32,000 bases of DNA from Candidatus Saccharimonadota bacterium (GCA_965229705.1 OZ245922.1:480001-512000); one strand, 5' to 3'. Shown: positions 18,005-27,948, numbered from the stretch's first letter. The notes: generated from the letters alone by a model not told the origin. Program-made: numbers and translations.

Positions 18005-19453
18005 ATGAAGTCATCTTTCTGTAAAAAAACTCAGGGTTTTACTCTGGTAGAACTGATCACGGTAGTAACAATCCTCGCTGTACTCTCTGCTATAGGATTT
18101 GTCTCTTTTTCTGGGTATCTCGCAGGAGTACGAGATACCAATAGACTTTCTCAACTTACATCTATCTATGACGGTTTAGAGCTCTACGCGACAAAGTATG
18201 ATCTGCCTATGCCTGATGACGCTGTAGAGATACAAGACGGATCGAGTCTCTTAGGATACCAAGGAAATATTGGAGCAAATATCCTCGATATCCTCGACTT
18301 TAGTCGAGGAGGTGTTGATCCCAAAGATGATTCATATTTTGTGTATTATCTCTCTGCAGATAAAAGTGATTTTCAGCTTATGGCGTTTCTCGAGGAAGAA
18401 CAAAATGTTCCAACGGTATTTTTTCCTCAGGCATATGCCGATAAAGACTATAGTAATCTTTATCCAGTCGTATTTGGAGAAAAGCTTGGAATACTCCTTG
18501 ATGAGACAACGAAGACTCCTGTTCATGAGATAGAGGCAGTCAAGACGGCTGGAGCGTTAGATTTAGAGGGAGACACAACGAGTTATACTGCCTACTTTAA
18601 AAATGATGATACCGCAACGGATACAGGAGAAAATCTGTGAGAGACGATAGAGGAGGAGAGAGAGGAAGGGTCGAGTACTTCGAGTGTTTCGAGTAGTTCA
18701 ACGACTGCTTCTACTGCTCCTACAGACTGGAGAGCTCAAGACCCAAATTGTGACAGAGCAGATGTGACTATCTGAACACAGACGTGGGCATGATGTAACT
18801 CGACGCTAGGAGCATGACTTGAGTGGTGACAAACAGATGCGGATATAGGGACAAATAATTATAGTGGATCGGTAGGTAATTGTTATGATTATAATGGAAA
18901 CTACATAGATACAAGTAACTGTACTGCATGAGATATAACGATGGCAAGCAACTCAAAGGCTAATGACTGGTTTACTGGAACGAATAATAATGGAGATACT
19001 GCCGTAGATAATATATGGGGAAAGTTCTATACTTGGGATTATCTCGATACAGATAATGATAACGATATAGACGCAGATGATACGAACCTCGTATGTTGAG
19101 TGGGATACCATGTACCAAGTAACAGTGAATGGGAAACACTCGAAGAATACTTGAATGGATCAAATTGTAGAACTTGAAATGGTTACCAGTGTGACTGACA
19201 GTGATGGACGTACCACTCAACAACGAATAGTAATACAAGTATTGCCTCAGTCCTCCAGATTCCTCTGAGTGGTTATCGTACTGATCTTGATAATAAAACA
19301 TTCTATCATCGTGGGAGATATGGGTATCTATGGTCTAGTACGGTAAATGGATCTAAGGCTTATAGAAGAATGTTCACTTATAATAGTACCGAAGTCTATA
19401 GCGGCGATACTTCACAATCTGCTTGATATCCAGTCAGATGTATCAAGGATTAG
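18005..19453 (+). CDS. Pilin-FISUMP fusion, copy 3
   Basis: It starts MKSSFCKKTQ-G|FTLVEL. The pilin module is track ORF 18005-18640, with the boundary TGA at 18638-18640. The FISUMP domain contains 10 further TGA and ends ...SA(G)YPVRCIKD at TAG 19451-19453. Confidence 0.9.
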
Positions 19454-19459
19454 GTATAC

Positions 19460-19489
19460 AATCCCGGGCTGAAGCCCGGGATTGTTTTT
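19460..19489 (+). terminator. Intrinsic terminator hairpin after copy 3
   Basis: The hairpin is the same as at 17649, offset by 1811 nt. Confidence 0.6.
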
Positions 19490-19516
19490 GGGGATTGCTC
19501 TGTACTCTAGAGAAAG

Positions 19517-19591
19517 CTCTGAGAAACAAAAAATTTCTCATCCTCTCTGGCTCTCACGAGCCATCTCTCCTTTGAAAAAGGAGAGAGAAAA
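19517..19591 (+). repeat. E element, 3'-truncated copy
   Basis: It matches 17706-17780 at an offset of 1811 nt, with the loop variant tgaa instead of tgca. Confidence 0.6.
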
Positions 19592-19773
19592 CGGTGTTCC
19601 CCTCTCTTCGCGTATAAGAGACCAGTCTCGAAAATGAATGTTTGTTTGAGTCTTGAGTAGCAACCCCGGACTGAAAAACTCCGAGTTGCTTTTGTAAAAG
19701 AGCTATATTCACACACTAGAGTCTTTGCTGAGTCAAGTAAAAATCCTGTAAGTCATTGCGTTTTCCACAAAAG

Positions 19774-19801
19774 GAAGTATTTTCCTCTTGAGAAATACTT
19801 C
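19774..19801 (+). promoter_or_regulatory. Conserved inverted repeat upstream of copy 4
   Basis: It is identical to 17963-17990. Confidence 0.3.
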
Positions 19802-19815
19802 TTTAACATTTCTTT

Positions 19816-21264
19816 ATGAAGTCATCTTTCTGTAAAAAAACTCAGGGTTTTACTCTGGTAGAACTGATCACGGTAGTAACAATCCTCGCTGTACTCTCTG
19901 CTATAGGATTTGTCTCTTTTTCTGGGTATCTCGCAGGAGTACGAGATACCAATAGGCTTTCTCAACTTACATCTATCTATGATGGTTTAGAGCTCTACGC
20001 GACAAAGTATGATCTGCCTATGCCTGATGACGCTGTAGAGATACAAGACGGATCGAGTCTCTTAGGATACCAAGGAAATATAGGAGCAAATATTCTCGAT
20101 ATCCTCGACTTTAGTCGAGGAGGTGTTGATCCCAAAGATGATTCATATTTTGTGTATTATCTCTCTGCAGATAAAAGTGATTTTCAGCTTATGGCATTTC
20201 TCGAGGAAGAACAAAATGTTCCAACGGTATTTTTTCCTCAGGCATATGCCGATAAAGACTATAGTAATCTTTATCCAGTCGTATTTGGAGAAAAGCTTGG
20301 AATACTCCTTGATGAGACAACGAAGACTCCTGTTCATGAGATAGAGGCAGTCAAGACGGCTGGAGCGTTAGATTTAGAGGGAGACACAACGAGTTATACT
20401 GCCTACTTTAAAAATGATGATACCGCAACGGATACAGGAGAAAATCTGTGAGAGACGATAGAGGAGGAGAGAGAGGAAGGGTCGAGTACTTCGAGTGTTT
20501 CGAGTAGTTCAACGACTGCTTCTACTGCTCCTACAGACTGGAGAGCTCAAGATCCTAATTGTGACAGAGCAGATGTGACTATCTGAACACAGACTTGGGC
20601 ATGATGTAACTCGACGCTAGGAGCATGACTTGAGTGGTGACAAACAGATGCGGATATAGGGACGAATAACTATAGTGGGACAATAAGCGCTAATCAAGGT
20701 TGTTATAATTACGGAAATACTTCTTGAGTAGCTTGTACCAAGTGAGATATAACGATGGCGAGTACCTCTAAAGCCAATGATTGGTTTACCGGAACGAATA
20801 CATATGGAGATACTGCCGTAGATAATATATGGGGAAAGTTCTACACTTGGGATTCTCTCGATACGGATAATGATAACGATATAGACGCAAATGATACGAA
20901 CCTTGTATGTTGAGTGGGATACCATGTACCAAGTGAACTCGAATGGGAAACACTGGAAGAATACTTGAATGGATCAGCTTGTAGAACTACAAGTAATTGG
21001 CAATGCCACTGACAGTGATGGAAGTACCACTCAACGACAAATAGTGATAGGAGTATAGCAGCATTATTACAAATTCCTCTGAATGGTTATAGGAGTAGTA
21101 GTAGTAAAACATTCTATACTCGTGGGAACTATGGGTATCTATGGTCTAGTACGGTAAATGGATCTAATGCTTATAGAAGATATTTTTGGTATAATAGTAC
21201 CAACGTCGCTAGTGACGATGTTCCACAATCGTATTGACTTTCAGTTAGGTGTATCAAGGATTAG
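19816..21264 (+). CDS. Pilin-FISUMP fusion, copy 4
   Basis: The pilin module protein is identical to copy 3 (track ORF 19816-20451). The FISUMP domain is divergent and ends ...SY(G)LSVRCIKD at TAG 21262-21264. Confidence 0.9.
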
Positions 21265-21270
21265 GTATAA

Positions 21271-21300
21271 AATCCCGGGCTTCAGCCCGGGATTGTTTTT
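21271..21300 (+). terminator. Intrinsic terminator after copy 4
   Basis: The sequence is aatcccgggc-ttca-gcccgggatt followed by gttttt. Confidence 0.65.
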
Positions 21301-21327
21301 GGGGATTGCTCTGTACTCTAGAGAAAG

Positions 21328-21417
21328 CTCTGAGAAACAAAAAATTTCTCATCCTCTCTGGCTCTAAACTAGCCATCTCTCCTTTGCAAAAGGAGAGAGA
21401 AAAGGAGTTTCTCAGAG
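21328..21417 (+). repeat. E element, complete copy
   Basis: The outer stem ctctgagaaac/gtttctcagag is perfect. Otherwise it is identical to 15698-15787. Confidence 0.7.
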
Positions 21418-21665
21418 TCTGTTTAACCCCGGGGTATGATACCCCGGGGTTGTTTTTTGGGTGTTTAGAGAAAAGAGAGAAAACAGTTTTCCCCTCCCTT
21501 ACCAAGGGAGGGGCTAGGGGAGGGTTATACTTCTAGAGAGAGTTCTGAGTTTAAGTTTGAACCCCGGGCTACAGCCCGGGGTTCAAACTTAAAACAGTAT
21601 ACAAAGCATACTTCATACCTTTTCGCAAGAGATATTTTTCGCTTTTTTTCAAAAAATCTATTAAC

Positions 21666-22940
21666 ATGAAAATAATATTAAGAAGTAGTAAAAATATGAC
21701 AGTAAATGATAAATACTCTGAAGTATGAGAAATGAAAATGCAAGAAAATCTCTGAGATGTCGTAGAGTACGTTGCATCTATTTTTAAGAATGCTATAGAT
21801 TTTTGAGCTTCTGATATTCATATAGAACCCACACAGCACTTTTTGCTGATTCGTTTTCGACAAGATGGGGATTTTCACATGATTGATAAAGTACATCTTG
21901 ATAACGCCTCTGCAATTATTACTAGACTCAAGGTACTCTCAAAAATCAAGATAGATGAAAATAAAAAACCTCAAGACGGAAAAATCGTATACGAATACGA
22001 AAACTCTCAAGATCACAGCAAAGAACATATAGATATTCGTCTCTCCACTCTTCCAACAAATTATGGAGAAAAAATCGTGATGCGTATTCTCAAACAGGAT
22101 GACTCTCTCACAAATATTGAAGCGCTCGGACTCATAGATGTCAATGTAGAAAAAGTACGCGAAGCGCTCAAAAGTAAATATGGAATTGTATTAGTTGCTG
22201 GTCCAACAGGGTCAGGAAAATCAACCACGCTTTTTGGAGTTCTCAAACACTTTAATCCTCTCGAGTACAATATATCAACTCTCGAAGATCCAATAGAATA
22301 CGATATTGAGTATGTAAATCAATCTCAGGTACATCCATGAATTGATTATACCTTCGCCTCTGGACTGAGGAGTCTCGTACGTCAAGATCCCGATATCATT
22401 ATGGTATGAGAAATCCGTGATAAAGAAACGGCAACTCTCGCTGTAGAAGCCGCACTTACTGGACACCTCGTACTTTCTACGATTCATACCAACTCTGCAA
22501 CCGCAACAATTCAAAGACTTATTAATATGTGAGTAGAACCATTTTTGCTTGCAAGTGCTATGAAGATGGTTATATCTCAAAGACTCTGAAAAAGACTCTG
22601 TAAAAACTGTAAGGTTCCTGAAGAACTCAGTGATTTTAAGAAAAAAAAGGTACACTCATACCTTGATAGTATTATGGATCCAAAAGAAGTAGACTCTATT
22701 GTTTTCTATAAAGCTGAGTGATGTGAAGTATGCCATAACTCATGATATAAATGACGACTCGGAATACATGAGGTACTGATAATAGAAGAATACATCGAAC
22801 CCATGATCCTCGCAGAAGAAAGTGCTACCAGTATACAAAGAGAAGCAATGCAGCACGGCATGATCACTATTGTACAAGATGCTCTCTTAAAAGCAGCTAT
22901 CTGAAATACGAGTCTTGATGAAGCATTTAAACTTATTTAA
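21666..22940 (+). CDS. pilB: Type IV pilus assembly ATPase PilB/GspE family, copy 2
   Basis: As far as I can read it, the nucleotide sequence is identical to 16036-17310. Confidence 0.9.
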
Positions 22941-22945
22941 AAACT

Positions 22946-24844
22946 ATGTTTGGAAGAGGAAAAAAAGTAAATTTTAAAGATATAAAAAACTTTCGCGATG
23001 CCGTGAGAGCTATAAGATGATATATCTATCTTTCTGAGTGGGTCAAAGCAAATACTGCTATTACTGAACTAGAAGACAAAGAAAAAGCTGCCTTTGAGGA
23101 GCTAGAACATCATCTAAAAAATGATTATACAGAACTGCAAAAGCAGAAAAAAAAGTACGAGAAAAATAGATCTGTGATCATCCAACTCAAAAAAGAATAT
23201 GAAGTAAAAAAAATCAAGTATGAGAGAAAAATATCCTCAGAAAAATTTCATGTTCGCTTTGATAGTATCAAGAAAGAAATAGAAAAACTTTCTCTTGAGT
23301 GAGACGGTACAGAAGCACTCGCTGCACTCACATCTTTTTTTGAAGAAAACAAAAACAACTATCAAGTAGTTTTATATTACGCCAGAGAAAAGAAGAGAAT
23401 TGCGAAAAATATGAAAAAACAGGATATTTTTAAAAAGAAGAAAAAAAAGCAAAGTACCGAACTTGAGGCTCTCAGGCTTGCGGGAATCACACTGAAAAAT
23501 CAAAAAATTGCCGAACAAGAAAAAGAAAAACAAATAAAAGAAAACCAACAAAACTCATTTTTTTGACGTATAAGAGAATCGATAAATTTTCATAAAAAAC
23601 TCAAAGCAAAATATAGAGAAAAACAACTCCTCGATGAGATTCGACTCCTCACCGAAGAAAGCTCTAAGGTAAAGCAAGATATTGCCAAGCAAAAACTCTC
23701 TCATATGCATCAATGACTGATTAAAGAAATAGAGAAAAATCATCTCATAGGTTTTGATCTCTACGGAAAAATACTTGGTTCTGACAAGATATCTGGAGAC
23801 TGCTTTGGTATGTATGAAAGTAAGGAGAAATATAGCTTTTATATGGGAGATGCTACAGGACACTGAGTACAGGCATGACTCATCGTATCGATACTCTCAA
23901 AAACTTTTACAGAACAAGCACGAAAAGATGATATTGTGAATCTGGTATATCAGATAAATAATACTCTGAAAGAGTCTCTTCAGTCAAAGCACTTTATTAC
24001 AGGAATGATATTTGAGATAGATAAAAAGTATAAAAATATCGTCAATATTGCAGGAATGTGACATGAACCACTTCTGATATATAGAGCTGAAACAAAAACT
24101 GTTGAAAAGTTTATCGCTGGAGGACTAGCAGCCGGTATTCGATACATCAAAAAACCGGAAGATATCAAACCAAAACCTGTTGAAATACATGATGGAGATA
24201 TTTTTATGAGTTATAGTGACGGGGTCATAGAGACAAAAAATGCTGAGTGAAACATCTATACGATTGATAAACTTGCTGAAACTCTTTGAAGAGTAGCTCC
24301 AGAAGCAAAAGATATTAAAGATCTCTACAGTCTCATTATGCAAGATGTAGAAGCTCATAGATGATGAACAAAGTTTGATGATGATGCAAGTATTTTTATC
24401 TTTTCACGAAACTCAGAAAAAGATCTCCTCACCGAATGATCTGAGGAACTATCAAGTGTTGCCCAAAAAGAAGGGTTTACCATGAAAGATATGAAATCTC
24501 TGGAATGAAAAAGAAAAGTAGAACTCAAAGAAGAGGTAGAGAAAATCAAACATGAAAAAAAGCTTGATAGTATTATCAATTCCCTCAAAGGACATTACTA
24601 TACTGGTGAGTATCTCAAACTCAAAGAAGAAGCAACAAGATATGTAAAAGAAGGTTTTGTACATGAAAAAATTAATTTTTACCTCAAAAAAGCACTTGAA
24701 AATGAGGATAACTATAAAATATCTCAAAAAAATACAAAGATGAGTAATAAATATATGGTTCTCCAAGAACTCTATAAAAAGAAAGAATACACCAGCGTTA
24801 TACAAGAGTGTAATGAAATAATTGCCAAAGATGGAAATATTTAA
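22946..24844 (+). CDS. Coiled-coil protein with a PP2C/SpoIIE-type serine phosphatase domain
   Basis: The domain reads ...ISGDCFGMYESKEKYSFYMGDATGH(G)VQA(G)LIVSILSK...ITGMIFEIDKKY...IAGM(G)HEPLLIY...IFMSYSDGVIETKN...FDDDASIFIF. The length is 1899 nt from ATG 22946 to TAA 24842-24844. Confidence 0.8.
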
Positions 24845-24864
24845 TTTTTAGAAATAGTAATAAT

Positions 24865-26085
24865 ATGGCTTTTTTCCAAAGATGATTTTTTGATAGAGCA
24901 GGAAACTTTGATAACACCAAAATCATAGCTCTTTTAAAGCAGGCACAAAAAGCCCAACTGAGAGCAGAGGTTGGGAAGAAAGCTATGGGTTCTTCTGAAA
25001 TACTGCTTTTTGCATCTACCACACAAAAAGATGTATGGGGGTTTATCAACAAATTCTCTATCTTTATTAACTCAGGGATTGATATAAAGTGAGCTCTTGC
25101 CATACTCGTAAAGCAGTCAAAAAATCCTCTGATGAAAAAAATCGTTATGGAGATGAGAACCAATATCGACCATGGTATTGCTCTACATGAAACTATGATG
25201 CAATACCCAAAAGTATTTGATGCTCTTACAACAGCTCTGATAGAAGTATGAGAAAAAACCGGTCAGCTCTGAAAAATCCTTGCAGAACTTGATACAAATC
25301 TCCTAGAAAGTATTGAACTCAAAGGAAAAGTAAAATGAGCAATGGTATATCCGATGATACTTCTTGGTCTAACAATATGTATGGTCGTATTTATGATGAT
25401 TTTTATTGTCCCACGAATTACCGAATCATTTGAAAAAGCAGGAGCCCAGCTCCCTGCAATGACACAATTTGTCGTAAATGTCTCAAACTTTCTGACAAAT
25501 GATTATCTCACTATAGGAGCTATTTTGATATTTTTATGGATTGGTATAAAAATTACGAAATCTACTTATATTGGAAGATTCTTTTTTGCAAAAATGGCAG
25601 TCAATCTTCCAGTATTTTGATATGTCGTAAAACAGTCAAATATTATATACTTTATCAAATCTTTTACAATACTTCTAGATGCGTGAGTACTCTTACTTGA
25701 TTCTATCAAAACAGCATCAAAGGTTGTTCCCAATCTCTTATATAAAAAAGAAGTCATTCGTATAAAAAATGAGGTAGAGATAGGTATCACCATCTCCAGA
25801 TCTCTTGGTCTCAATCTTGAGTATGAAACCAATGTATATATGAATAAGCTCTTTTCTGAAGAGTTTGCCTATGTTGTCAGTACCTGAGAAGAAACAGGGA
25901 CACTTTCAGCTTCTCTACAAAAAATATGAAGAAACTACAATAGTGAGCTCAAGAGATATATATGAAACATATCTTCGATGATGGAACCAATTATTATTGT
26001 TATCGTATGATTCCTCGTTGGTACCATTGTTGTTGCCATTATGCTCCCCTTCTTTCAGATGTGAGAGGTCGCAAAAAACTTATAG
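24865..26085 (+). CDS. pilC: Type IV pilus platform protein PilC/GspF family
   Basis: There are two GspF-type repeats, (G)ALAILVKQSKNPLMKKIVMEMRTNIDHGIALHETM and LLD.IKTASKVVPNLLYKKEVIRIKNEVEIGITISRSL, plus three TM segments. It is in frame with track ORF 25342-25620. The stop is TAG at 26083-26085. Confidence 0.9.
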
Positions 26086-26108
26086 TATAGGAAACTAAGG
26101 CAAACCAA

Positions 26109-26141
26109 AAGCAAGAAGAAAAACCTTGCTTGTTTTGTGTT
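26109..26141 (+). terminator. Terminator-like hairpin after pilC
   Basis: The sequence is aagcaag-aagaaaaac-cttgctt followed by a T-rich tract. Confidence 0.4.
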
Positions 26142-26235
26142 TCACGAGCTTATGAGTACCGTAGTTACGGTTTATGAAAATAAACCTTAAGTTTCAAAAC
26201 TTAATTGTATTTTATTTCTTGTAATGTTTCTTTAT

Positions 26236-26802
26236 ATGAAAAACATACAAAAAGGGTTTACCCTCGTGGAACTCATCGTCGTGATTACGATTCTTGCGAT
26301 TCTTGGTACTATTGCGTTTATCTCTCTTCAAGGACACTCTCAGGACGCAAAAAACTCTAAGGTAGCTTCAGATATCCGAAGTCTTGGTACTTCTGTTGAG
26401 ACAAAGCTTACTAACGGTTCTGTAACTCTTGGAACACTTGTGAGTGGTGATCTCTCATCCACAAACGCTGTAACAGGTACTTTTGGTGGTGCAACAAGTA
26501 CTCTTGGTACAGATGGGACATATAATGTTGGAACTCTCAACTTTGTTGGTCTCAAACAAAATGGTGAAGACTTTAAAGATAACTCTGGTAATGATTATAT
26601 TGCTGCTGTTGCTGTTGATGGAAGTGATAAGGCATACTACCAAATCGTTGGTCAAACTTCTAACCCAGATGGCAGCTATACTGCGGTTATAAAAGGAAAC
26701 TACTTTGCTGCCGATGCAAGTGATGTTGCTGGTCTTGTTTCAGCAAGTACTGATACTACTCCACTCACAAACAACGCTATTCACAAAGATGGTCTCTACT
26801 AG
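26236..26802 (+). CDS. pilA: Type IV pilin without a fused domain; probable major pilin
   Basis: It starts MKNIQK-G|FTLVELIVVITILAILGTIAFISLQG and has a Gly/Thr/Ser-rich C-terminal part. There is no in-frame TGA despite about 25 Gly codons. A strong terminator follows immediately. The track start at 26224 adds four residues (MFLY). Confidence 0.85.
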   Translation: MKNIQKGFTLVELIVVITILAILGTIAFISLQGHSQDAKNSKVASDIRSLGTSVETKLTNGSVTLGTLVSGDLSSTNAVTGTFGGATSTLGTDGTYNVGTLNFVGLKQNGEDFKDNSGNDYIAAVAVDGSDKAYYQIVGQTSNPDGSYTAVIKGNYFAADASDVAGLVSASTDTTPLTNNAIHKDGLY

Positions 26803-26812
26803 TATTTTTCTT

Positions 26813-26856
26813 GAAATACAAAAAAAACACCCTAAAGGTGTTTTTTTTTGTATTTC
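26813..26856. terminator. Bidirectional intrinsic terminator between convergent pilA and pilT
   Basis: The sequence is gaaatacaaaaaaaacacc-ctaaa-ggtgtttttttttgtatttc, a stem of about 19 bp with A/T tracts on both sides. Confidence 0.7.
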
Positions 26857-26865
26857 AGAGATTCT

Positions 26866-27948
26866 TTAATAGAGAGCCTCTTTTACTAGTTTCACATTAT
26901 TCGCAAACTTCATTCCTTCTTGAGCAGATATCTGATTTTTTGCTATAAGATCAACGATTTCATCTTCTAAGAGACACATACCTTCTTTTCGTCACATTTG
27001 CATAGTTGTCGGTATTTGGTGTATCTCATTTTCACGAATAAGGTTGGCAACGGCATCATTATTGAGCATGATTTCTTTTACCATCACTACTCCTGTTCCA
27101 TTAATATTTTTTAAGAGTCGCTGAGAAAATACGGCAATCAGAGAACTTGAGAGATTTTTTCGCATCTGATCTCTCTCTCCTTCAGGAAACACGTCAACAA
27201 TACGTGATATAGTCTGCGCTGCTCAACGGGTATGCAAAGTAGAAAGAACTAGTTGCCCAGTCTCTGCAAGAGTCAGTGCCATTTCTATCTCTTGGCGAGT
27301 CTTCATCTCTCAAAATAAGATAATATTTGGAGCCTGACGCATTGATCCTATAAGCGCTGTATTGTAGTCTGGAACATCTCTTCCTATCTCTTTTTGTTCA
27401 AAAATAGAATTCTTGTGACTATGCACAAACTCAATAGGATCCTCTATCGTGATAATATGCTTTTTTTGATACGTATTCACATAGTTGAGCATCGCTGCAA
27501 GAGTCGTTGTTTTTCATGATGATGTAGGACCTGTTACAAGTATGAGTCCATGTCCCCTATCCATAACATCTCTATAAATATCTGGAAGCCCAAGCTCGTC
27601 AAGGCTTGGTACTTCTGACTGAAGCAGCCTCAGCACTATCATGTACTCTCCCATCTGAAATGATATATTTCCTCGAAATCGTGAACCTCAAAAACTAAAT
27701 GCAAAATCAAGATTTTTATCTCGCAGGAGTTCCTCACGCTGTTTCTCGTCTATGATTGACTCTGTAAGTTCAAGAGTGTCTTGTGATGTCAGTTTTTTAA
27801 CTCACTCATCAACTGAAATGATTTCTCCAAATATCCTGATAGCTGGGTGTGTGCCTACTGTGAGGTACATATCACTCCCGTGATTATCTATCATCACATG
27901 GAGGAGTTGATCTCTGAGTATGTAGTCAGATCGTATTGCTGTATCCAT
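26866..27948 (-). CDS. pilT: Twitching-motility / pilus retraction ATPase PilT
   Basis: Motifs are MDTAIRSDY...GSDMYLTVG, Walker A LVTGPTSS(G)KTTT, HIITIEDPIEF, PNIILF(G)EM and LVLSTLHTR(G)AAQTISRIVDVFP. Track ORFs 26992-27192 and 27310-27492 are in the same frame. The stop is TAA at 26866. Confidence 0.9.

Larger units (their letters stand above)
21299..23174 (+). repeat. Segmental duplication, copy B
   Basis: See 15669-17544. Confidence 0.85.

Noticed and set aside
12455-21264. A diversity-generating retroelement (DGR) as the source of FISUMP variability
   Set aside because: No reverse transcriptase or template-repeat candidate exists in the window. Differences between copies are not restricted to adenine positions, include indels and come in shared blocks. 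Recombination and paralog divergence explain the pattern better.
12180-21620. A CRISPR array or integron cassette array, suggested by the regular repeats with hairpins
   Set aside because: The repeat period is 1.7-1.8 kb and consists of full protein-coding genes. The hairpins are followed by T-tracts, as terminators are. The E-element arms (ctctgagaaac/gtttctcagag) do not match attC R''/R' core sites (RYYYAAC/GTTRRRY). No cas or intI gene is present.
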